DNA of 64,000 bases from Candidatus Heimdallarchaeota archaeon (lineage in GTDB: Archaea; Asgardarchaeota; Heimdallarchaeia; Heimdallarchaeales; Heimdallarchaeaceae): the NCBI GenBank assembly GCA_030603365.1, contig JAUVXV010000001.1:288001-352000 (forward strand), in the 5' to 3' direction. Below the pieces are notes generated by a model. That model was not told the DNA's origin. It did not search any database and saw only the letters and a program-made list of their open reading frames with translations. Shown one piece after another: positions 31,738-41,162 of this stretch; the first letter of the stretch is position 1; each line of letters opens with the position of its first letter. Both the position numbers and the translations under genes were made by a program.

Positions 31738-32713
31738 TACTGAAGAAAAAACAGCTTTGTTTCAAAAGTCATTACCTTTTCTTCAGTTATTTATAGCTGT
31801 AATTTCTGTTTCTTTTTCTGCAATAATTGTTGTGTTTCTGTTAGGGAAAGGTGTTCCTCCAGAAGTAACAGCAATGTATCGAACTTTTTTTGCAGGAATA
31901 GGTGCTTTGATATTTTCCCTATATAAGAAAAAAATCAAATGGATGGGTGAAAAAAGTACTATCAGTAGATATCATTGGATTTTGTTTTCAGGATTTCTTC
32001 TAGCTGTTCATTTTGCAACTTGGTTTATATCATTAGACTACGTTAATGTGGCTATTTCAACAACAATGGTTGATACAGTTCCTATTTTTCTTGCTATTTT
32101 TGGTTTTATATTTTTCAAAGAGAAGATCAAAACTATAGGAATCATAGGTATAATGATAGCTTTTACTGGTGGAGTTTTACTGGCATTTTTCTCAGATGAC
32201 TCTAGTACTGGTCAAACTAACTTACTGCTGGGGATAGCTTTTTCTCTTATTGGAGCTTTGACAGTAACTTTTTATTTTCTAATAGGTAAAAAAATTCTAC
32301 AAGATTCACCCTTGTGGCCATATTTTGCCTTAGTTAATCTTTCTTCAGCAATTTTCCTCCTTTTTTATAATCTGATAAGGGGGTATGATCTTTTCAAATT
32401 CCAGAATCCTGCTCTTGTATACGGACTATTTCTTGTTTCTGCATTAGGACCATCACTGATAGGTCATGCTACCTATAATTATTCGTTAAGAAAGCTACCA
32501 GCTTATGTTGTAGGCGTTGTTATTCTAGGAGAACCAATAGGTGCAACAATATTGGGGGTTCTTATTTTTCCTTTAACCCAAACTCCAGAACCAATTACTA
32601 TACTTTTTGCGACGATAATCATATTGGGGATAGTTCTTACATCAATATCCCAATACATAAGAGTAAAATTTTTCACGAAGAAAGAGGAAAAACAAGAAGA
32701 AAAACCGAGTTAG
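31727..32713 (+). CDS. DMT/EamA family transporter
   Basis: About 10 TM; LAVHFATW, GHATYNY, LGEPIGA. Confidence 0.9.
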   Translation: MGPNTEEKTALFQKSLPFLQLFIAVISVSFSAIIVVFLLGKGVPPEVTAMYRTFFAGIGALIFSLYKKKIKWMGEKSTISRYHWILFSGFLLAVHFATWFISLDYVNVAISTTMVDTVPIFLAIFGFIFFKEKIKTIGIIGIMIAFTGGVLLAFFSDDSSTGQTNLLLGIAFSLIGALTVTFYFLIGKKILQDSPLWPYFALVNLSSAIFLLFYNLIRGYDLFKFQNPALVYGLFLVSALGPSLIGHATYNYSLRKLPAYVVGVVILGEPIGATILGVLIFPLTQTPEPITILFATIIILGIVLTSISQYIRVKFFTKKEEKQEEKPS

Positions 32714-33924
32714 ATTCGGTTTTCATTAAGTAAATCTTCTAACTTGTCCATAGCAGAATCAATTTCCTCAAGAGAGGGTAGATAAACCATTCTGAAACCA
32801 TTCTTTCCAAATGGTCCAAAGCCTGATCCAAATACAGTAAGAACATGCTTCTGTCTTAGGTAATCAAAAACAAACTCCTTATCATCCTTCCACTTAAACT
32901 GATCCATAGAAAGCATTGGAAAGATATAGAAAGCAGCTTCTGGTTTGTATACAGAAATCCCTTCCATTTCCACTAGCCTTATGTACATTAAATCTCTTCT
33001 GTCTTTTAGAGCTTTAATTGTTTGAGGAAGGTAAGTATTTAGATCTTGTTTAAGAGCTTCAGTTCCTGCCTTTTGAAGAGGAGTGGATGCACTTAGTCTT
33101 AATCTTGTTAATTTGTTAAACCCCTCCCAAGGTCCTTGAATTTTCTCTGCGGGATCATGAATATATGCATATCCTAGTCTCCAACCTGGGGCTAGAAAGA
33201 CCTTACTGAACCCATTATAAGCAATAACTGGAACATCCTTTGCCAAATTTGCTGTAGCTGTGTGCTTAAGTCCATCTTCCAACATAAGCAAGTCATAAGT
33301 TTCATCAGAAACAATACATGCATCATATTCTCCTGCAATGTCAACTATTTCTTTGAGTATTTTTTCTGGATAAACGGATCCTGTAGGATTATTTGGTGTA
33401 TTAAGAAACACCAGTTTAGTCTTTTCATTCATTAAGGATCTTATATGGTCTGGATCAGGATAGAAATTTCCATCAACAACGGTTTTGTAATATTGAATGT
33501 CATTTTCAAAAATGGTTGCATTTCCTGAATAACTTGGATAGTGGATTCCTGGAATCAAAACTCTATCTCCTGGATTTGTAAAAGCCATAAATGTCATCTG
33601 TATGCCTTCTGATACACCTGCTGTTACTACAACATCAGCTGCTGAGACATCAACATTGTGCTTTCGTTTTTCATATTCAGCAATTGCTTCTCTAAATTCG
33701 AGTATACCTTGTGAATTTGCATAAAAATTATAATTTTCCTTTTCAGCATAACTTAATGGATCAGTTAGTATCTTTGGTGTTTTAAACCCATATTTGATTG
33801 GGTCCCCAATATTTAATTTAATAATTTCATGTCCTTGAGCTTCAACTTCATTAGCGACAGCTAGTACATCTCTGATTGCATAACTGAAGCTTGCAGTACG
33901 ATTTGAGATTTCCATGATATTCAT
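32710..33924 (-). CDS. Class I/II aminotransferase (AlaA-like)
   Basis: LNIGDP, GVSEGI, PNNPTG, DETYD, GFSKVFLAPGWRLG. Confidence 0.93.
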   Translation of the reverse strand: MNIMEISNRTASFSYAIRDVLAVANEVEAQGHEIIKLNIGDPIKYGFKTPKILTDPLSYAEKENYNFYANSQGILEFREAIAEYEKRKHNVDVSAADVVVTAGVSEGIQMTFMAFTNPGDRVLIPGIHYPSYSGNATIFENDIQYYKTVVDGNFYPDPDHIRSLMNEKTKLVFLNTPNNPTGSVYPEKILKEIVDIAGEYDACIVSDETYDLLMLEDGLKHTATANLAKDVPVIAYNGFSKVFLAPGWRLGYAYIHDPAEKIQGPWEGFNKLTRLRLSASTPLQKAGTEALKQDLNTYLPQTIKALKDRRDLMYIRLVEMEGISVYKPEAAFYIFPMLSMDQFKWKDDKEFVFDYLRQKHVLTVFGSGFGPFGKNGFRMVYLPSLEEIDSAMDKLEDLLNENRI

Positions 33925-34075
33925 CCCTAGTGGTCCTTAAGAAGAAAAAATTTTGAAAGAAATAAAATTATTGGTTTGACCTTAGTGATTGTAATCTCAT
34001 AGAAATAATAATTACTATTTCCCAGATATTACATTATTAAATATAACAATTTTTGATTATTATTTTAAAAACTGG

Positions 34076-35485
34076 GTGTTATGTTTGCCAGCAATATCTA
34101 GTTGTAGTTTTTGCAATGGACCAGCTCAATACTACTGTAAAGCATGTAAGAGAAGATTGTGTTCAGAACACATTCGGATTTCCAATACTATATACCACTG
34201 TTCTAATTGTGATTCAGAAGGTTCAGATTCAAAATGTCTCACTTGCGGTTTTTCAACAACACTACTAAGACATGAACCTACTCATACATGTGAATGGTGT
34301 AAGTCCACAGACGTTGAAGATGGACTATTGTATCATCAACAATTGCCACATTTAATTTTCTCGTCATTCAACGAACTCAATAAAAAACTCTCTGAAGTAT
34401 GGGATTTAACTCAACAATATCTTCAAGTTGTAAAATCAGTTTATGAGATGAGAAAAGCGCGTATTATGCTTTTTGGATCAGTAGAGGATGAAATCACACT
34501 TCTTAGAGGTAAAATTTCTACATTTATTGATCAATTGGTTAAGTTTGAAAATGACACATTCTCAATGGTTGATGATAAACTCAAAGTCGTAGGATACATG
34601 CGATTCACAAATCTCGATAATATTGAAAAAGCAGAGGAAATACTGAGTTTATTACAATCTCGTCTGGAGTTACTCGATACTACTTTAGGCGGGAAATTCA
34701 CTGATATTGAAAATGATTTTGGAGTAGTGAACAAGAAGGTAGATTTCTTAGGTTTTCAACACAGACTACTAAACCGAATTAATGATCTTCTCCCTGAAGA
34801 TAAGGAAGAACATTTGATCTCTATAATTCCCAGAATTTGGTTAAAGAAAAACAGTAGATTTTACAAAAAATATTTGCTTGTTCTAACTAATCGAAACATC
34901 TACTTCTTACGGGAAAAGGGATTGTTTGATGTTAAGTTAAAATCCAAAGAAACATTGAGTTTATCCTATATTACCAATAAGAAGCTTGTCTCCAGATTAT
35001 TATCAAGAAATATGTTTCATTTCAAAACTAGGCTAGATTCCTATACTCTTCTAGGAAGAAAGGAAAGCATTGACCAATTTATGATTTATTTCCACATAAT
35101 TGATAATTATATTGATTATTCAATACATAAATCTTCTATTATTGAGGATTTGAAGTATTATTCATTAACCATAAACGAACTAAAAACAAACATTCAGCGT
35201 AACGTTAGTCATCTCCGAGCTTATTTACTGAATAAGAGAGAATTGAAACGCGAACTGTATTGGCGAGAAGGACAAGACGCGAGATTCAAAAAACTCTTTG
35301 AACAATTACTTGCTGTAGAAAGAAAGATTCACAAATTGAGTGAATCTAGAAAGTATGATACAAGAGGGACTAGAGGAATTGATGGATTATTAAATAAATT
35401 AACAAGAGAACACACAAGATTGAAACAACAGCTCGGTGATATAAGAAGAAGAAGTGACGAATTCGATGAAATGTGGGAATTTTGA
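34076..35485 (+). CDS. Protein with B-box-like/multi-Zn-finger N-terminus, long helical region, PH-like domain and C-terminal coiled coil
   Basis: CSFC-x7-CKAC-x4-CSEH, then CSNC, CLTC, CEWC; YLLVLTNRNIYFL. Confidence 0.6.
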   Translation: MLCLPAISSCSFCNGPAQYYCKACKRRLCSEHIRISNTIYHCSNCDSEGSDSKCLTCGFSTTLLRHEPTHTCEWCKSTDVEDGLLYHQQLPHLIFSSFNELNKKLSEVWDLTQQYLQVVKSVYEMRKARIMLFGSVEDEITLLRGKISTFIDQLVKFENDTFSMVDDKLKVVGYMRFTNLDNIEKAEEILSLLQSRLELLDTTLGGKFTDIENDFGVVNKKVDFLGFQHRLLNRINDLLPEDKEEHLISIIPRIWLKKNSRFYKKYLLVLTNRNIYFLREKGLFDVKLKSKETLSLSYITNKKLVSRLLSRNMFHFKTRLDSYTLLGRKESIDQFMIYFHIIDNYIDYSIHKSSIIEDLKYYSLTINELKTNIQRNVSHLRAYLLNKRELKRELYWREGQDARFKKLFEQLLAVERKIHKLSESRKYDTRGTRGIDGLLNKLTREHTRLKQQLGDIRRRSDEFDEMWEF

Positions 35486-35529
35486 GAAAATGCATATATA
35501 CTAGCTAAAATTCCTTTTTCTTGATACTA

Positions 35530-35820
35530 ATGCCTAAGAAAAAAAGTAATTTTAATAGATTAACTTGGGTTATTACAGAACTAATCATTGGTTTAGCTGG
35601 TTTTGTCTATGGATTATATGGGACAATATCATCTCTACCTGAAATTCTAACAACTTACATTATTCTTCTCTCAATGGGGGGTATTCTATTAATTGTAGCT
35701 ATAGTACAATTGATTCCAATACTCAAAAAGAGAGAGAAAAAATACTGTGCTAAATGTGGTGAGAAAATAAAGAAGAATGATGAGTTTTGTTCAAAATGTG
35801 GAGAAAAAGTAGAGGAATAG
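35530..35820 (+). CDS. Two-TM membrane protein with C-terminal zinc ribbon
   Basis: CAKCG-x9-CSKCG after two hydrophobic helices. Confidence 0.8.
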   Translation: MPKKKSNFNRLTWVITELIIGLAGFVYGLYGTISSLPEILTTYIILLSMGGILLIVAIVQLIPILKKREKKYCAKCGEKIKKNDEFCSKCGEKVEE

Positions 35821-35838
35821 GAGAGCTAAATTAGACTT

Positions 35839-36210
35839 TTATTTCTCCCAAACCTTAAGAAAGTCAGGCATTTCTTCAAATGTAACAAGTGGAATGTTTA
35901 ACCATTTTGCGTCAGAAGCATCATTAGAGAAATCATATTCCTCCTTGGGAGATGTTCTATAACGAAGGAATGACTCTTGTGAATTAGTTTCATCTTCAAC
36001 CCATACAATAATGGGGAGAGCATTCAATTCATAATAACCTAAACTTGTGTTAAAAATGAAATATATGGTTTGTTCTTTATGTTTATAACGTCCTATATAA
36101 CCTGCGTTTCTATCTGGTCCTAAACCTGAAATTACAAGCTTAATTAAATCACCGAGAGATGCAAGTTTCATACCTGCGGGGGATTTTAGAATTATGGGTT
36201 CTTTAGTCAA
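35839..36210 (-). CDS. Hypothetical protein (start uncertain; TTG after ggtgat)
   Basis: Open frame directly downstream of atpK with typical RBS. Confidence 0.6.
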   Translation of the reverse strand: MTKEPIILKSPAGMKLASLGDLIKLVISGLGPDRNAGYIGRYKHKEQTIYFIFNTSLGYYELNALPIIVWVEDETNSQESFLRYRTSPKEEYDFSNDASDAKWLNIPLVTFEEMPDFLKVWEK

Positions 36211-36238
36211 AATAATCACCAAAAAAGAAAGTAAAGGA

Positions 36239-36541
36239 TTAAAATACAATTAGAATTGCGACAAGTAATCCATAAATAGCTACAGCTTCAATCAGAACAA
36301 TAAACAGAAAAGCTTTTCCGAATACTTCTGGTTTTTCGACGATAGCACCTATCGCTGCACTTCCTGCCATACCCATTCCTATAGCAGCTGCACCTCCAGC
36401 GATACCAACTGCCAATGCTGCACCAAGAGGTGTTAAATCAGCAGGGGTTTGAGCCAATACAGAATTTGCTGCTAAGAAAAACATGGTCACTATTACTGCT
36501 AATAATCCAAAGGTTCTAGTAGATTTCTTTTTTAAAAGCAT
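36239..36541 (-). CDS. atpK: A/V-type ATP synthase proteolipid subunit K/c (single hairpin plus N-terminal hydrophobic extension)
   Basis: GAALAVGIAG, EKPEVFGK, LIEAVAIYGLLV with the ion-binding Glu. Confidence 0.94.
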   Translation of the reverse strand: MLLKKKSTRTFGLLAVIVTMFFLAANSVLAQTPADLTPLGAALAVGIAGGAAAIGMGMAGSAAIGAIVEKPEVFGKAFLFIVLIEAVAIYGLLVAILIVF

Positions 36542-36691
36542 TTAATCACATCTATTTACAAAGTAAATTTCGGTAAGGTAATTTAAAAATTTCGGAAAGA
36601 CATTAAAATTCTTTAAAATTAATGAAAACAATACATATAATAACTACGAAAGCTTAAATAGGTATAGAAAAAAAGTAAAGTTGTGATTTAG

Positions 36692-37306
36692 ATGTTCAGA
36701 GACTTTATGGGATGGCTTTTAGGTAGTAAGAAGAGCCCTCGCGACCATATCATAAACCTAAGGTTAACTGTAAGAAGATTAGAAAGAGCACAGAGAAAAT
36801 TATCTCGTGATGAATCTAAAATGCAGTTAAAGATGAAACAAACTATTCAACGAGGAGACCTAGAATCTGCTAGATTATTTGCTACCGATATAGTACGAAA
36901 TAGAAGATGGGAATTCGGTTATCAAAAACTGGTTTCAAGAATGAATGGTCTAATCTTCAAATTAGAACGAGCTGATACTGCTGCAAGTATGGCTGAAGAA
37001 ATGCATGGTATTGCTTCTGCACTAAGAACAGCAAATGCACAACTACAAATTCCTGATTTAGACAGAGTTATTCAAGATATGGAGAGCTCTATTGATGGTA
37101 TTGAAGAATCTACAGGAACCATCGAAGATGGAATAGATGATTTGTTGGTGGCTGACACAGATCCAGCTGAAGTAGATCGATTAATAGAACAAACAGCTGC
37201 TGAATTGGGCGTATCAACTCAAGCTGGTTTACCTTCTGTTGGAATTGTAGAAACTGATGATTTGGAAGACGAGATACAGAAATTAAGGAGAAGAGAGGAA
37301 GATTAG
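36692..37306 (+). CDS. ESCRT-III A-type (Vps2/24/46/CHMP1-like)
   Basis: Snf7-family helices, ARLFATDIVR, MIM1-like C-terminus DDLEDEIQKLRR; upstream of Vps4. Confidence 0.9.
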   Translation: MFRDFMGWLLGSKKSPRDHIINLRLTVRRLERAQRKLSRDESKMQLKMKQTIQRGDLESARLFATDIVRNRRWEFGYQKLVSRMNGLIFKLERADTAASMAEEMHGIASALRTANAQLQIPDLDRVIQDMESSIDGIEESTGTIEDGIDDLLVADTDPAEVDRLIEQTAAELGVSTQAGLPSVGIVETDDLEDEIQKLRRREED

Positions 37307-37320
37307 AAAGGTGATTGATT

Positions 37321-37977
37321 ATGGTTAAAAATTGGCTTTTTGGAAAAAAAAGGAAGGAAGATGCTGATGCTTTATCAACTCTTAAAGCTCAACAGAACAG
37401 ACTTCAAGCTGAAGCTAGAAATCTTGAAAGGCAATCTGATGAACAAAAAATACTAGCTTCTAAAATGCTTCAAGCAGGCAATAAAGCTGGTGCTCGTCAA
37501 GCTCTCAAGAGAAGAGCAGTATTCATGAAAAGACTAAATACAGTTCATAATACTGCAATGAATCTACAAGCTCAAATTGACAGTATTCAGACTGCTACAT
37601 CAACAGCTGAAACAGTTAAAGCTATGGAACTTGGTACAAAGGTTGTTGGTGAGAAAATAAAAACAGTATCACCTGAGAGAACTGAAAGAGTAATGGACTC
37701 AGTTATGGAACAAAGAGATCAAATCGAAATGATGACAGAAGCTCTTTCTGATCCAAGTTTATCTGAGGGTATTCTGGATTTTGAGGATGATGCTGCAATT
37801 GATGAACAAATGGCACAATTAGAAGCTGAAATGGATCTTGGTACAACTACAAGTCTTCCCGATGTTAGTGGATTGCCTTCAACACCCGTTGGAACACCAT
37901 CAGAAAAGGAAGAGGATGTATCAGATCTTGAAGAAGAGCTTGAAGGTTTGAAGAAGAAAATGAGTGAAGATAATTAG
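37321..37977 (+). CDS. ESCRT-III B-type (Vps20/32/60/Snf7-like)
   Basis: Amphipathic NWLFGKKRK, GNKAGARQALKRR, MIM2-like SLPDVSGLPSTP. Confidence 0.92.
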   Translation: MVKNWLFGKKRKEDADALSTLKAQQNRLQAEARNLERQSDEQKILASKMLQAGNKAGARQALKRRAVFMKRLNTVHNTAMNLQAQIDSIQTATSTAETVKAMELGTKVVGEKIKTVSPERTERVMDSVMEQRDQIEMMTEALSDPSLSEGILDFEDDAAIDEQMAQLEAEMDLGTTTSLPDVSGLPSTPVGTPSEKEEDVSDLEEELEGLKKKMSEDN

Positions 37978-38067
37978 TTCTTCCTCTTTTTTATATTTTT
38001 AAACATAAAACCAAATAAAATATTTTATATTGGATAATTGGAATAATTAGATAGAGGTTGTAATCAC

Positions 38068-39213
38068 GTGTCTGCTCAAGGTTTAATAGATCATGCTAGA
38101 GAATTTGCAATAAAGGCGTATAATTTTGACAAGGAAAAGAATTACAGTGAGGCTATTCCTTATTATTTGGATGCTGCAGAGGCATTGATGAAAGCAATTA
38201 AATTTGAAAGAAATCCACAAGTTGCTCGTTCATTAAAAAAGAAAGCTGAAATGTACATAAGTAGATCAAAAGAATTACGGGATCTTCTTGTGAGAAAAAA
38301 AGAACGAAGGTCTAAAGCAGGCAGTGATGAGGAGGAAGATAAACTAGAAGGTGCTATATCTGATATAATAGTAACTGAAAAACCAAATGTTACATTAAAT
38401 GAAATTGCTGGACTAGAAATTGCTAAACAAACACTACGTGAAGCAATAGTCTTACCATTAATGAGACCAGATTTATTCTCAGGTGCAAGAAGACCATGGA
38501 AAGGAATTCTTCTTTTTGGTCCTCCAGGTTGTGGTAAAACTCTATTAGCTAGAGCAACAGCTGCAGAAGTTGAAGCCACTTTTTTTAATGTGAGTGCAGC
38601 TTCAATTATCTCAAAATGGCTTGGTGAATCTGAGAAACTAGTGAGAACTCTCTTTGAACTTTCACGTGAAAGACAACCGAGTATTATTTTTATTGATGAA
38701 GTTGATGCTTTAGCTGGAGCTAGAGGTGGAGAACATGATGCTATGAGAAGGGTGAAAACAGAACTATTAACATCAATGGATGGGCTTTCAAGCTCAGAAA
38801 CTGATCGTATAGTGACTATAGGGGCAACTAACATTCCAAATTCTATAGATGCTGCATTTCGTAGAAGATTTGAACGACGAATTTATATTCCGCTACCTGA
38901 TTTCCCAGCTCGTAACGCAATATTCGGCTTTAACACAGAAGGTGTAGACTTAGCCGATGATTGTGATTTTGAAGTTTTTGCTGAAATTACAGATGGTTAT
39001 TCGGGTTCTGATATTGCAATGGTTTGCAGAGAAGCAATTATGACTCCAATAAGAGAGTTGGATATGTCAGGGGCTATAAATGATACTTCGATAAAAGCAA
39101 GACCAGTAACACAAGATGACTTCCTTGAAGCTATAGAAGCAATTAACCCTTCTGTTAGCGATGATGAAGTGGAAAAATATGATACATGGAACGAAGAGTT
39201 TGGCAGTGCATAA
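38068..39213 (+). CDS. vps4: Vps4 AAA+ ATPase with N-terminal MIT domain
   Basis: MIT (AIKAYNFD...EAIPYY...YISRSKEL), PWKGILLFGPPGCGKT, SKWLGESEK, FIDEVD, RRRFERR, EEFG end. Confidence 0.96.
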   Translation: MSAQGLIDHAREFAIKAYNFDKEKNYSEAIPYYLDAAEALMKAIKFERNPQVARSLKKKAEMYISRSKELRDLLVRKKERRSKAGSDEEEDKLEGAISDIIVTEKPNVTLNEIAGLEIAKQTLREAIVLPLMRPDLFSGARRPWKGILLFGPPGCGKTLLARATAAEVEATFFNVSAASIISKWLGESEKLVRTLFELSRERQPSIIFIDEVDALAGARGGEHDAMRRVKTELLTSMDGLSSSETDRIVTIGATNIPNSIDAAFRRRFERRIYIPLPDFPARNAIFGFNTEGVDLADDCDFEVFAEITDGYSGSDIAMVCREAIMTPIRELDMSGAINDTSIKARPVTQDDFLEAIEAINPSVSDDEVEKYDTWNEEFGSA

Positions 39214-39229
39214 TTGAGAGGTCGCATTA

Positions 39230-39988
39230 ATGTCAACAGCAGAGAAGAAAAAGCCTGAGAAAAAGAAAAAACCTAAGATTGATTTGAAGCAGCTCAAAGA
39301 TGAGAAACAAATATCTGAGGAAAAACTAAAACTAATTGAGGCAAGTATAAAAGGATTGGAAGTCACTGAAGAAGAATTAAAATCCACTCTTCCTGTTGAA
39401 ACAGTTATTATAAAAAAAGAAGATATATCAAAGGATCAGCGAGCAGTTCTTGAGCTGGAATTTGATGAAGCTCTCCCAAAATGGGTTAAAGCCCCTTGGA
39501 TGTATATAAAACCTCAAAAAAGCGATCAAGTTGAATCATGGTTGGAAAGTTGGTCAGCAATAGTTCTTGATTATTCTAGAATATTTGTGATTCATATTAT
39601 AAATATAAATGATCTTAGAACAGCCCTCCCATTCAACAATAAGAAAATCGGAAAAAGATTAACTATTGAACAAGTTAGAGAGATTATTGATCATTTAGTT
39701 CAACAAAATATAGCTAGATGGCTTGATGAGGATGTTAAAACGCGAGCTAGAATTTACTGGAAATCAAATGATGAATGGGCTGACAAACTTCTAGATTTCA
39801 TGATAGAAACAGGAAGAGTTGTTGAAATCCATTCTCTCTATGATATAACACAACTTGAAGAAAAATGGAGCAATCTACCTTCAGATGATTTGATAATTGT
39901 TTGTGAAATGCTAGTAGAACGTAAAGTAGCTCGATGGTTAAACAAAGAAAAAACAATCATTCAATTTGAAGCAGATAAGGTTTTTTAA
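39230..39988 (+). CDS. vps25: ESCRT-II Vps25 homolog with N-terminal extension
   Basis: PWMYIKP...WLESWSAIVLDY, PFNNKKIGKRL, IYWKSNDEWA; double winged-helix pattern. Confidence 0.85.
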   Translation: MSTAEKKKPEKKKKPKIDLKQLKDEKQISEEKLKLIEASIKGLEVTEEELKSTLPVETVIIKKEDISKDQRAVLELEFDEALPKWVKAPWMYIKPQKSDQVESWLESWSAIVLDYSRIFVIHIININDLRTALPFNNKKIGKRLTIEQVREIIDHLVQQNIARWLDEDVKTRARIYWKSNDEWADKLLDFMIETGRVVEIHSLYDITQLEEKWSNLPSDDLIIVCEMLVERKVARWLNKEKTIIQFEADKVF

Positions 39989-39999
39989 AGAAAAATGGA

Positions 40000-40725
40000 T
40001 TAATAACCCATCAAGCCTGGAAACCAATATTTAGTTCCTTCAGAATAACTTCTATCCACTCTTGCAATGCCATGTTCTTCAAAGAATTTCAAGCTTCTAT
40101 CTATTCTTTCTTCAGTCCAATCAGTTTTCATTAATAATGTCTCTTTAGTTACAAAACCTTCACGAGAAGCATAATTCAACAATATATCATGATCAGTACT
40201 AAATTCAACTGTAGTAAATTCTAGAATTTTCACTCCTGAATCTAAGACTCTGTGGGGTGGTAGTAATTTGGAGTTGATTAATTTATCAATAGAACGACGC
40301 ATGTCATCTATAGAAACTATCCTTCCAGGACGTACTTTATTCAACTGTGTAAAAAGCTCTCCAATTGAAATAATTCCACCATTTTCAGGAGTTAATTGCT
40401 GTCCTAACTCCAAGATTTCATTTGCTAAAACGTCATAGAAACCTTTGCCTGTAAGTTTATCTTTGAGTGTTGGTGCCTCTTTCCAATCATAACGTCCAAT
40501 CTCAGTGGGCAAACCTAACTCTTCTCTTAAAATAGCTAATTTGTCATAATAATCCTTATTATCAGAAATTTTATCTCCATATTTCTTTTCAAATTTCTTC
40601 AATTGTTTCTTAACTTCACTGATATTGTCAATCATTAGTTCAAGTTCTTTTATCATTAATTCTGCATCTTTTACTTGAAAAGCCGACTTAATCTTGATTT
40701 TTTTCTCAATATCTCTTAAACCCAC
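40000..40725 (-). CDS. vps22: ESCRT-II Vps22/36 (EAP30) homolog
   Basis: FEKKYGDKI, FYDVLANEI, ENGGII, VSIDDMRRSI, WTEERI, C-terminal YWFPG. Confidence 0.9.
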   Translation of the reverse strand: MGLRDIEKKIKIKSAFQVKDAELMIKELELMIDNISEVKKQLKKFEKKYGDKISDNKDYYDKLAILREELGLPTEIGRYDWKEAPTLKDKLTGKGFYDVLANEILELGQQLTPENGGIISIGELFTQLNKVRPGRIVSIDDMRRSIDKLINSKLLPPHRVLDSGVKILEFTTVEFSTDHDILLNYASREGFVTKETLLMKTDWTEERIDRSLKFFEEHGIARVDRSYSEGTKYWFPGLMGY

Positions 40726-40789
40726 TTCAATCTCCTACTGTTTTATTGTTTAGCGCTTATTTATATCTTCTCAAATTAGAATAATAAAA

Positions 40790-41095
40790 TTAAAACAAAT
40801 CCGGTAATTTGAATAACCACTTCTTTATTTTCTCTGTTAACAGATTTCTTTCTTTCGATGAAAGAAATGCAGCTAGTTTATTTTGATATTTCCTTAAAAG
40901 AGATTTGTAAATATCACTCATTTCTTCATAAATTCGCTCTCCTTCTCCCCCTAATTTCTTTAATCCCAAGGAAAGTTCTTCTAATTCTTCTAAAATGTAC
41001 CCTACATCTATTCTTATCTCTACCATATCCGCTAATTCGAATAACTCTTTGCGAATAGAGATAAATACGTTATTCATAGGGCTAGTTCTTTCCAT
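40790..41095 (-). CDS. Hypothetical all-helical protein within the ESCRT operon
   Basis: 101-aa ORF co-oriented between the ESCRT-I fusion and vps22. Confidence 0.65.
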   Translation of the reverse strand: MERTSPMNNVFISIRKELFELADMVEIRIDVGYILEELEELSLGLKKLGGEGERIYEEMSDIYKSLLRKYQNKLAAFLSSKERNLLTEKIKKWLFKLPDLF

Positions 41096-41162
41096 ATCTG
41101 TTACCTTGTTTGTTGAATTAATAGAAAAGGAAAGGAGAAATGATTTGAGAAACCTAGATTAA

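Noticed and set aside
38163-38834. 223-aa antisense ORF inside vps4, and similar shadow ORFs such as 14014-14337, 49674-50099, 58411-58833 and 62951-63337
   Set aside because: Antisense to well-supported genes, with low-complexity Ser/Phe/Leu composition typical of shadow frames.
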